This document shows positions 51,901 to 62,800 of a stretch of 64,000 nt of DNA, one piece after another (positions within the stretch are counted from its first letter, which is position 1; each line of letters starts with the position of its first letter). This DNA is from Catajapyx aquilonaris (Eukaryota): NCBI GenBank assembly GCA_000934665.2, contig JYFJ02000166.1, positions 62,001 to 126,000 on the forward strand, written 5' to 3'. Made by a program: the position numbers and the translations under genes. Below the pieces are notes generated by a model. The model was not told where the DNA came from, did no database searches, and was given only the letters and a program-made list of their open reading frames with translations.

Positions 51901-52454
51901 AATAGTAGACTCAATTCTTTATAAGTTGTATTTATGCATAATATGTAGCCAGCAGAATTCAGTGTGTCTAAATATCATCAGGAGGTCGGAATACCACGAA
52001 TGTTTGTACTGTCACTTGTAATTGTGATTGACGCCGGATATAAAGGCACGAATCGTGTGGAAGTGCAATCCAGTGTCTTGCTGCATTACCTGCTATATTA
52101 GTTATAAGTTTATGTATTATTTACGGGTGAACATGATATAATGCAGTAATTTCGCTGTTCTATATATGTTGAATCGTAGGAGATTTTGCTTCCCATTATC
52201 GCACATGCTTTGGCGGTATCCTGTAGGGATAATATTGGCATCACGCTGATCCCTCTGCGACCTTAATTCAACGGGCCTCTTTATTCAACAAAAATCAGTA
52301 TCTTGCGGCACCGGCGAACATGACACGTTTCTGCACTCTTGTGTTGTTTAATATTTAATTGCTGTGGGAGTACCTGCGTTATGCGAGATTTATTGATCTA
52401 TATGCAGGCCTTGGGATACCCTTTTCTGACAAAACTTTTCTCTTTCGTTTTCAG

Positions 52455-52549
52455 GAAATTGAAGAAGCATTGGTAGATAAAGAGAATTTTCTGCTTGCCG
52501 ACATTTTCGCCCGACTCCTGCGCTATCTCACCGGGAATCCAGAAATCCA
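52455..52549 (+). CDS. Internal coding exon (95 bp, phase 0 to phase 2) of a DDT/WHIM-domain chromatin-remodelling subunit, CECR2-like (orthologue or paralogue); peptide EIEEALVDKENFLLADIFARLLRYLTGNPEI(Q/H)
   Basis: Seen: branch-like CTGAC at 52426-52430, pyrimidine tract CTTTTCTCTTTCGTTTTCAG ending 52454, an open 31-codon + 2 nt frame, and a consensus donor CA|GTAAGT at 52550. From memory, the peptide aligns without gaps to human CECR2 ELEAALHRDDVEFISDLIACLLQGCYQRRDI (9/31 identities by eye plus conserved hydrophobic pattern), and I recall that human exon as also 95 bp with the same phases. The CECR2-typical LLxGC motif is replaced by LLRYL, so orthology is uncertain. Confidence 0.75.
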
Positions 52550-54739
52550 GTAAGTAATCCACTCTTGATTTCTTTTCCCCTATTACGAGGGGTGGGATTT
52601 ATAGAGGTATGAGAATCGATCGGTTGGATGCATTACCGAGGAAGATTTGACTCCGCGAAAAGGAAGTGAAAGGGACGAAATCCGTTTCCTGATTGCCAGT
52701 CATTAATTGGCCGACGGTAATTGTATATCGAAGGAGTAAAAAGTTCGTGGGTACGTCCATGAACTCTTCGTCCGTAAGATTCGCACGTGTCCGTCTTAAG
52801 TTCGGGACCGCCCACCCACTTGCACATAAATATCCGAGGCGATTGCAGGCCTGCTTCTCGTTAATCCAAGGACGATTCTCGTTGTCGAATAAGGATACCG
52901 GTCCGGTTCACCTCGCGAAGATGACCAATATAATCGTTCTGAAAGCATTTAGATGTCGTTAAAAAAAAAAAGAAGTGGAGGAGCCTTTCACTGGCCCAGA
53001 AAGATGTCGCAGCTTCCAGTGGCAGCGTGCATTGGAGAGGAGTGATTGCACACGTTGTAATTGCACATTGCCTAGATTCTTTCTGAATGGCAAGAAGGGC
53101 GTTGGAATTGGGTGGAGGTTGGGCTGGGCTTGTCTAGTTCTCTCGCACGTTGCAACTTTGGCATATTCTGAGAAGCCGTATAATTCCCCCCCTCCTCGAG
53201 TTTGGGGTCGCGTGCCGGTAGTTTCAAGAAATGACAGGGAAGAAGGAAACTGTTTGAGGCGGAAAGGGTGAAAGTGATGTATGAGTAAATGCTGAAGGAT
53301 TTTTTTTCCTTCCTCTCGTTTTCCACCCTCCCTCAAGAGTTCAGGATGAGTGTTGGTCGATACATGCGGTTCATTGCAAGGAGAGCTCTGAATTCACCGA
53401 GCCTCATTGTCCTGAAGCGAGCTCTAAAGATGTACTGTACAGTAACTTCTAAGCGACAATCTGGACGTTTCTGGAAGCAAGACGTATACGGCGGAGAAGT
53501 AACGTGTTGAAGCGGTTGCCTAATCGTCAGGATTCATTTTCAGCGTGTCGGTTCTCAGGGCCATATTTTCGTGAAACTGCCTGATCCAGTAGCGGAACTA
53601 TAGTTGTAATTTGTTCACCGCTATTAGGTATTTGTAATATTTGCTCCAAGTACCCATGTGGATGAAAGTGTGCTTCTTTTTGTCAGAAAAGCATATGTGT
53701 ATCGGCGCATAAGGTTCAGCTTGAACTGAATGTAACGGTAAAGTTCACTTATTATCCTCTCGTGCTCTTCCAGACCGCACAAACTGGAATGAAACCGCGA
53801 TCTCATCCGGAGAAACATTATGAAAAGTTGCCTTTTTCATGCCAAATGCAAGCGCAAGCAGGACAGAAACTCCTTCTCGTGCGTGACATGTCCAGGATAA
53901 TACCGCCTAGTTTTTTGTTTTGTTTTGTTGCCTCTTGTCGTAACCCACAGGCATGATTCACACTAATTTTAATGCCCTGGTTTGTGCTACACCCGGTGTA
54001 TATTGGCAAGGAGTGAAGAATCCCGGTATCCAAATTAACAGCGGCTGCTGAATTGTTGTTGGCATGTTTTGCCGGGAAAGTGATGACTATGCGGTAAGAA
54101 CCAAGCTGGCAACGGGCTTTGTAGGTTATAACCTCACACACAGTCGAGTAGAGGCGGAAATTGCATCGCACGCCGGCGAGTTATTCGGTAGCGTGAAGCC
54201 GAAATGATAGTTGAATTGTTGGGAGAATCTGAAGCTAATGAACACGCGATCGCGGTTTTGGCCAACAGCCATCGATCAGCTCTTCGGGGTCTTATAAGCT
54301 GAGAATGGGACAACAAGCGACCCTGCTGCGGATCTATTCCGCCAACGGGGATTATATTTTCAATCCTCATACTCGCATTCCAGGTGGCCTTCTCGTGTTG
54401 GTGGGTGGCACCAAAGCCGACATTCGCAAAAAGAAAAAAGAAAAAAGTTGGGAGGGGGATTTAACAATTTCGGCCGCTTTTGAGGAAGGAGTGAGCGCCG
54501 GGCAGTATAATGCGGTGGGCCGAAAGTATTCCGAGCGAATGCAATATTATTACCCGGGACAGAGATCTGATCCGAAGCCGCAGCAATTCCGCTGGACTTG
54601 ATCCAGAGCTGCAAGAGTCCGAGCGGTAAACCCGAGCAAGCCTAATTATCTGATAACGTCATACGGGCCGTTTGCATAAATTGGTTTCAGGAACGTGTTG
54701 CTTGGAGCCTGTCATTGTTTTTAGGGGGAGGAGGCGGCA

Positions 54740-54761
54740 GTGTGTGTGTGTGTGTGTGTGT
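54740..54761 (+). repeat. (GT)n microsatellite
   Basis: Directly visible. Confidence 0.95.
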
Positions 54762-56110
54762 CTGATGGAGAGTGCAGGCATTAAAAAAATAGGTCGAGAG
54801 AGTTCGATCGCCTCCGTCAACACGGTCGTGGCCCGCTCGTGACCCCATTGCATTTTGAATACTTATATGTGGATCCAGATTCGGTAGTTATTGGGTTGAA
54901 TTTTCGTCCCACTGCTAGTTACTATAGCATAGCAGTACCAGTGTTGGAAGTGGTTACTGCTAAGTTAGCAGTAACTATAGTGCTGTTGGACGAAAATGCC
55001 ACCCTTTGTGTTTTGGGTCCTTCCCCCCATCGTCACCTGAAAGCTTGGTGTGACATGTTTGCGAGTTGTGTGTCGCACTTATGGTCGCAATGATTCTTTT
55101 GCGGTGGAGAAATAGGCTGAAATAGGTCTGTTTTGCTTGCAGCATTTGCGGTATACTCTGCAGGGTAACGCCTCCGGTTTCTATACCGCTGTGGCCAAGT
55201 TGTTTTATGCGTGGATTTGAAGGCCGGAAAGTGCCACGGGAGGTGTTTTCAGTTAAGCTATTTGTCACTTGTAAAGTCGCTGATAAAAACGCACATATCC
55301 ACCCCATGAATTATTGCTTCAATATGACACGCGCTCTCGTTTAGTTAGGCATCCTTTGGTAAAATATTAATGCGTAATGTCGTTCGGTTCCGGAACTATA
55401 TCTCACATCTGTTTGATGTTTCTCCGAGCAACTATCGCCGAGTCGCTATGGAGTAAAAGGAGGGAGAATAATGATTGGCTTTTTAATTTTTCCCCCCTCA
55501 TTCTGTTGAATTATGCACGGTTGCTACTGATGGGTGGTACCTCTCGCGGGTTAGTTAGCGTCAGAGGCGTTTCTGGGAGGAACAGGTATTTAGTAATGCC
55601 CTTGGTCCGGTAATTATTTTCTTCCTCTCTGATTGCATGATCGGAGACAAGTCGGCAGGACAGTTAATTTCTAAATACTCTTCTTTTTCCTTACTCCAGC
55701 CGCACGCTAATTCAGAGGCTAATAACAATCGTGGTGCACTCGAGGCGATTCTTGTCATCACGTGAGCTCTGCACCTGCGCCCTCACATCTGCACATGACA
55801 TGTGATTTGCGCCTTTTACTTCATGCCATGCCTGCGAAAAGCAAGTTGAAATTAAGGCGTGTTATTACCCTAAATTAAGTTCAGGAAATGTTTTGCCCCG
55901 GCTTCCTTTCATTTTCACGAACGGAGGACGTATATATTTCTGGTCGCGAGCCGACCCGGGACTCTCTGTCTCCCCTGTGTGCACACATTTGTTCGCATGC
56001 TGTATTCAGCGGCAGGATCCGCGACATGGATCGGAAATGGCAAGCATTACGGACCGTTCGGTGTAATGATTGTCATCTGTTCTGCCCCATGTCGCCAGGA
56101 CTGAAACGTA

Positions 56111-56398
56111 TTTATTGGGCAAGGTGAATCAATCAGATGGGGGCCAATTTATTATTTATGGGGGCGTGGTGATGGATGGGCATGGCTTGAGTGGGCGTGG
56201 GCCGGACATTTATGTATGGTTTGGCCCTCCCGGTGCTTAGACCCGACAGGGGAGTTGACAATTGCCCGGGTCCCATCCGTGTACACATACACATCGAGTG
56301 GGTGGCGGGGGCTTGGTATAGAGACTGCCGTGATCTCTTCATGCTGACGCCACCTGCGATGGTTAGCCTATTGACGCAAGGAACAACCCCTGCTGTCA
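56111..56398. promoter_or_regulatory. Candidate Hox/Exd(Pbx)/Hth(Meis) enhancer
   Basis: TTTATTG 56111-56117, ATCAATCA (= TGATTGAT) 56128-56135, TTTATGG 56155-56161, TGATGGATGG 56170-56179, CTGTCA 56393-56398. Confidence 0.4.
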
Positions 56399-57678
56399 GA
56401 TTGTTTGCAGGTGCCCCATGGGAACTCTGGGGGCTATACTCTTCGTGTTTGCACAGCGGGGGGTACTTGCAACCGAATCATGCTCCAACGACAGTGCTGC
56501 ATGTACATTAATAAGTAAGGAGGTGTCCTGCGCGAAAACTCGTGAATGGAATGGTGGGGAAAAGGACGGTATATGGAAATGAGAGATTCGAGAGCTTGTG
56601 GGGAATAGTGCCAACCAGCCAACCAACCCCTTGGTCTCTTCGAGGAGAGAAAAGCCCCCATTGATTTCTAATGGAGTGCAGGCCTCTGAGAGCGTCTTCT
56701 CTCTGCGGCTTGGGACTTTTTAGGATATTGGGGGCGTCCCAACCGACTATAAGTTTATTTCTATCCCGATATATTAAATCCGGATATGGCAGGATCCACT
56801 TTCCTGCCTTAAAATTTAGGCGTGCGCACATTCGGAAGTACTAATCTAAGCGTATATAACCAGAAATGCTATACGTGTGGTTTCCAAGCATTAGGGATAT
56901 TCTCATTTTGATGGATGCATATTGCATTATTGTTAATGCGTGTTTGACACTCCTGACTATTTAAAATATGCGAGGTTGTCAGGATGCACTGAATCACCCT
57001 GTGCGCAATATATGAATAGGGGTGGAGGTAAACGCTGGTGTGTTTTTGTATCGGAGCCGGGAGAGTTTTTCAGTTGGGCTGGTGCGTGGTGGTGGTCCAA
57101 ATCGTTGCAAGTCCTCCCATGACAGTTGAGGACAGAATGAGTGGCCCGGTACAAGCGAAATGCGAGGGGACAGCTTTAGCCGCGTGCATTTTTGATGTAC
57201 GTCGCACTTGGCAAAATGCTACCGGCTTTTTGGCAACACACTCGCGGCAAGGCCCTGGGCTATTTATCAAGCACCACTGCGGCTGGACAATGTACCCGCG
57301 GGCGAGGACATAATGCTGTTTTGGCTCGTCACTCCCGTCAAAAATCCTCGTTCATATTGTTTGTACTGGCCGAAGATGCACTTCCCAGGCTGGTCACCGC
57401 TTACACTACACTACTCCCGGCAAAAATATGGAGGACAACTATACGATACGGGAAAGGGTTATTAGCATGCGACTGTGACGGTTAAGGACGTGCAGTGCTG
57501 CATCTAAATCGAGTTACACTCGAGTTTGCATGACATTAAAATGTAGATAGGCCCTATGAACCGCGGGGCTGTATTATAAGCCATAAGTCAAATGAATTTA
57601 GCAATCCCTTTATGAGGTCGATAATAACAGGTAGAAAAATTGAGCTGTAATCACCATGGTTACTTTATTCGCACATTA

Positions 57679-57978
57679 GAGAGGAGAACACCATACATGC
57701 AGTGCAGTACGTACATGGGGAAGCTGTGGAAATGCCATCAAATGTAGGTACATCTTGAAGAAGGGAAATACATGTGGGACATGGCAGGTCAGCAGCACAG
57801 AACATATGCCTATTCCTCTTGATATCCTAACATTTTGTAAGTTCCCATAGAAGCTTCCTCTGTACTGTTCATGTATTTCCCTTCTTCAAGGTGCTTGTAC
57901 CTACATTTGACGGCGCATTTACACAGCTTCCCCATGTACAGTACGTATACTGCACTGCACGTATGGTGTGCTCCTCTC
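57679..57978. mobile_element. 300-bp MITE-like element with long terminal inverted repeats and TA target-site duplication (Tc1/mariner-type signature)
   Basis: The left arm 57679-57774 (GAGAGGAGAACACCATAC...GAAGAAGGGAAATACATG) is the reverse complement of the right arm 57870-57978 (CATGTATTTCCCTTCTTC...GTATGGTGTGCTCCTCTC), apart from a few substitutions and small indels. The spacer is 95 bp. TA flanks both ends (57677-57678 and 57979-57980). Confidence 0.8.
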
Positions 57979-59747
57979 TAGCGGTAGTCAATAAAGCAAT
58001 GCCTATAGACGCAACTCATGATAAGTACAGAATCTACGGATTTCCAGGGATCCCAACCCCCCAGATAGCACATGGTTCCCACGGGTTTATGCCATTGATG
58101 TCGGATTTCTTTGGTGGTTCAAACTTAGTTTCTCACTCTGATCACATGAGGGTGCATTTATCAGCCAATACATTTCCATAATATCCGTGCAGAGCAGGCT
58201 GGTTATAGACACGGGCAATCCCTCTCCTGCTTGCCAGCATACGTCATCTTGTGCGTTCCTGCGTGTGCATAAATGCCTGCAGGTATGTAATTGAACAGCT
58301 GAACGATTAATGGGCGGCAATTCATGGCTAACGCGTCCAATTTCCCCACGTTGTGTAAACACGTGTAAAACAATGGGTTGTTCCGATCGTCAGGTGAGTT
58401 TTGGGAATAGTGTGAGCGGGCATTAAAGCAGTCCGAAATAATCAAGTGAGGCTGCGTGTAGGGAGTGGCTGAGAGCGATCAACGCCCGAGCCTTGCTGTA
58501 TATATATGCGGCGGAGAGAAATCCGTGGAAGGGTATATAGCAGCAGCAGCAGCAGCGTACCGGCGTTGCAAGCTGGGGGTGTATATAGTCGGTTGGTCGG
58601 AAGCGAGAGGATTAGCAAATGGAGCGTTTTGCGTTCTCGGGGCTGCAACCTGGGGGCTTTGGCGGTGCAAAATGGGCTCTTCGCCGTGGGCGATGAGCAT
58701 CCCTTCGGACCGCCGGCCCAAATTGTCTTGGGGCGGCGCTATGTTAGGAATCTGAGTGCGCTGCCATTCTGCGGCCGGCACTCAGGTGCGGATGGGCTGT
58801 TATAGCGGCAATCCCGGAGGCATCAGTGCCGCTCTTCAAGTACATTGTGGCATTTCCGGCGTTTTGGGGCCAAGTTGCATTGGTTGGAATGTGGAATTCG
58901 CGGCGGAATTGCTTCCAAGTAATTCCCCCACTGTTAACCGCCAAAGTGGTCGCGGAAGGGAATGGTATGGGGAGGCGCTAATGCCTACTAATTACCGCGA
59001 CATGGTACAAAAGAGCGGGGGTGATTACGAGATCTCGCAGCCGTTTGTTCACTGCCCGGGAAATGGGCCTTTCGTTTTCTGTTTTATATTTTGCTGCTAG
59101 TTGCTGCTCCTGCTACCTCTACACTGCTATACTATACTGCGTCTGCTGGAAAACCGACTGCCTGCCTGCTGGATAGACAGCTCTCCAGACAAATCCTCCA
59201 CAAACTTAACGGGATTTACTCTCCAGTCTGATACTGACTTCCAACGAGCTCTCTGGCCCTCATATCTACACTTAAGCCATACAGCAGACCTTCTGTTGGT
59301 AGCTTGCTGTCCAGGTTTACAAATCTCTGCTGTTCACTTTTAATCGCGCCCAGCTTTTTATTGTCGCTAGCTAAATGCACTCTTGATGGCGGGGGTAGAC
59401 AGATCCAGAATAATACTGATATTTGGACGCCATCGTGAATACTTCTTCCCCCCGCAAAATGTATGAATTTGAAGAGACTGCGTTGTTATAGGTCAGTCAT
59501 GGAGCAGTCTACAGCAGACAGGCATGAACACTACCTCATGTATAGGCACGTAGAACTTGCTCATGCTTAGAAAAAAACAAGTATGAAAATTTGAGGAATA
59601 AAATAATTCGTACGCACTTGGTGAACGCATTGTATAGACTGCGTGAATAGAAGCTTGTCCTGAACGTCGCGTCGTTAGGCACAGCAGCATATGAGCAATA
59701 ATTAGAATGCACGCACTGAGGTCAGTGAGAGCGCCCGGCGATTACGA

Positions 59748-59894
59748 ATCAAAGGCTAGGGGGCCATAAAACAAACCTGAATTGCAGCCGTTCATTTGTG
59801 ACATCAATATACTTGGCCATTAAAATACAATAAATTAATGTGCGTCGTAAAAGTTCATAAAGCGCGTAGCAGTAACCACTTCATCGCTATAAAA
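59748..59894. promoter_or_regulatory. Candidate Cdx/posterior-Hox plus TCF enhancer
   Basis: ATCAAAG 59748-59754, CCATAAAA 59764-59771, CCATTAA 59817-59823, CAATAAA 59828-59834, GTCGTAAAA 59844-59852, TCATAAA 59855-59861, CTATAAAA 59887-59894, all in one orientation. Confidence 0.45.
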
Positions 59895-62800
59895 GCGGAA
59901 ATGTTTTTCAGATTGTACGCTCGCAGTTTAATAAGTTTACAACTAGTTGGGCTAATTGTTTGATTGGCGACTGATGAATTGCGGGTACAGGCAGGTCGCA
60001 ATATAATGTAACTGACAGTTATATTGGCCACGGCTTGCGAGAAGATACGATGTCAATGACACTGCGGTTTTAAAGCTGTTGCCCATCACGAGTAGTGATG
60101 ACTTTCCGCTTCAGGGATTTTAATTGCTTGCGGTATCCTTCAAAAATCAAGGATAATTGCAGTTGTACTTTACCTTTCTGAAACGCACTGCTATTATGAT
60201 GCAATGACTAAATGGTCGCACAATTTCAGCTCGTCTTCAAACGTGTTAAATGCAGACGTATATCACGGTAATTCTCCGGTGCATTTTCTCTTAGGTGTTC
60301 AAATCAGCATTATCCGAGAGTGATGGTGTAGTATAGGATGCATGTTTTATGCGAACTCGTGAAGCTATTGGATGGCCCATCCTCGAACACCCTGTATGTT
60401 AGCGACATGCCCGCAGGAATCGTTACATGACACGCAATGTGCAATAACAACAGAGAAGTCTGCTTACAACTTGTGAAATGAAACGTTCCGGTTTCAAGGC
60501 GTGTTGTGTGCCCTATGCGAAGGGGCAATGCAAAGTGTAACAGCGACTCTGCAGACACTTCATAAGAGTTCCCCTTTGCTTCCTGGTCCCCCCCCCCTCT
60601 CACCCCATCCCGTCCTCTCCCTCCCTCCCTTCCAATCCTTACTCGTTACACAACTTGTGAAACTTTGAATTTTCTGGGAGGTTATCGATAAAGTTTCTTG
60701 AGCCATTTCGCTCTGATGGGGTTGTGGAGAAAGAGGAGAGAAGGCAAGAAAGTGTGGTGATTTCGGAGGCAAAGCGGGCGATAAAGAAAACCCCATCATC
60801 CTCTTTTTCGGGGGTGGCGGCAATGATGCCAGTGCCCTTTTCTTCTCCGCACACTGTCCTCAGTCGGCCCGCACACAAATCTGAGTCAACCAACTCCAAG
60901 CTAACTGATCCCGAGACCATTGAATTTCCTCTCGACCCTCTTGAACCGGGGTAGTCAACGTATGTACATTTCTGCAAAACTGTGTGACCCCCACCGCCAT
61001 ATAAGGTCACCGACGGTGCAGGAGAAGGATGGGCATGGTTCCAATCCTCCTCCTCCTCCTCCTCCTCAGTCGGTTTTTTTTTTCTTCTTTTCCATGGCTG
61101 AGGTTGCCCTGGGAACCGGATAGAAACAGAGGGACCGCCCCAAAAAATCAGAACCCAGCCCCGGAAGGCCCGAGAAAAAGATCCGCGGTTTTTTTTTTAT
61201 ATGTACCTCAGGCGCTCGATTACATATCCTGCTTCCCCATCTACTCCATTATGAATTCTGAGTCGAGTTGAGGAGAAAGAGGAATGGAAAGAGAGAGAGA
61301 GGAGAGAGGAGTGTCTATGCCCGGGTGAGCTGTTATGCCTAGGCGGGTAGCGCTAGCAACCTTTCGTGGATACGGATTATTGTACGGGTTCGGGATCTCG
61401 CTGCGGATTTGCTTAGCATAAGCCGCCTCCTGCATTTTTCTAGCCTCTTTGAATACATTAGCAGCTTAGTCGGTACTGTGCCCGCTGACATTGCCGGCGC
61501 TCTCTCCATTGCATTACCCCACATTTCATGGGATATGGTGCTGGGGAGTCGGTGTAACTTATACCCATTCTGGATCACGACTCCTGGCTGCATTGTTACC
61601 ACCAGGCGAAACGCCGGCACAAGGCGCGCGACGCATACCATTTTCGTGTTTTAGACCTTCTCTAGCTAGGGACGCCCTTAGGGAGGAAATGTACTGCATG
61701 TACGATGCATTCTTTCCAGGAGGCCAAAAAAAGGGCACGATGATAAATGTGGGAGCCTTTTATTTATACATGTCAGACTACGTATATACTTAGCTTTGAA
61801 AAACGGAATGAAATGGAAATCCTCAGAAATCCTTCCCCGATTCAGAAATGGCAAGTAGATGATTCATTGGGATTATTTTGATCACCTGTTACGCTTGCAG
61901 AATGTGATTTTAATCTGATTTCAATTTGATCCAGCGATGGCAATCGGGGACCAGGTTGCGTGTGAGTTGGAAGTTGCTATATAGTATGATATAACCTCAG
62001 TCCCTGTTCCAATGCTACGAAATGGAGCGTTTATCTCTTCCAGTGTGTATCGCAGAAAGGTAATGCAGTGTGACAGGGCGAATGCGCACAAAATAAGGGC
62101 AGGCTTGAGTCAGATATTGACAGGAGATAGGGCCTATAGGGAAGATATCTTGGTGTGGGCTCGTTAATCGTAATTTAGTTATGAAAATAGACCAAGATGC
62201 GTTACATGTACATATGCAGGGCGTGGCTCAGCCATAAATTGAATGTATGATAATGTATAAAGAGTGTTTGGTTTTACCATTTTTCTGCCGAACCTTTTGT
62301 ATGTGATGTCAGACATAAGCATATCATGCATATACAGTGCGGTGCTATCAGTTCTTCTCTTCCAAGGCGATACACAAATTTATCCTGGGTGTTAGACGTA
62401 CCTGTGAAGTCGTACGCTTGCGGGCTGCTCTTGAGAGATAGGATAAATTAGTATTCAGGCAGCTTTGCACATTCTGCACTGTAAGCGGCAACTTGCTAGC
62501 TACTGAATGCCGGCCTGTGAATAACCGCTGGAATTTGGGTTTGATTTTTGTTTGGGTCGGAAATATTTATGAAAGATACCAATAAATAAGAGAAGGGCTG
62601 GAAATATGTGGGCACAATTTTTTAAAAAATTACGTGTCAACAAATTAGACTTGACAGGGGCATCGACAGGCTTGTCTCAACAAACCTGATGCGCGATCTA
62701 GACTGATTTATTGAAAAGAGTACGTGCCAAAATAGTTGGAAAACCACTGATTCATAAGGTAAAGCCACAAAATGGGCGGTCACCTCCCGCACAGCATTGC

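Larger units (their letters stand above)
1..52454 (+). other. Inferred very long intron (or introns) upstream of the DDT-domain exon
   Basis: The 52455 exon is internal and needs an upstream phase-0 donor. No convincing exon encoding the N-terminal half of the DDT domain was found by eye. G-rich tracts lie mostly on the + strand, consistent with + strand transcription. Inference. Confidence 0.5.

Noticed and set aside
57943..57952. ACGTATACTG matching the 5' end of miR-iab-4; similar short seed-only matches to miR-10 (about 30012-30020, minus) and miR-219 (17622-17631)
   Set aside because: Only 9-10 nt match and the remainder diverges; the first lies inside the MITE. No conserved miRNA was recognised.
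56739..58596. 13-mer CCAACCGACTATA with an inverted copy at 58584-58596
   Set aside because: Dozens of 13-mer inverted matches are expected by chance in 64 kb, and there is no TSD or extension.
58441..58620. Several TATATA elements with (CAG)n, promoter-like
   Set aside because: Spacing to the nearest TCA is off-consensus and no downstream gene structure is evident.
60901..60954. Short ORF end LDPLEPG, reminiscent of tarsal-less/mille-pattes peptides
   Set aside because: It lacks the LDPTGxY motif and is not repeated.
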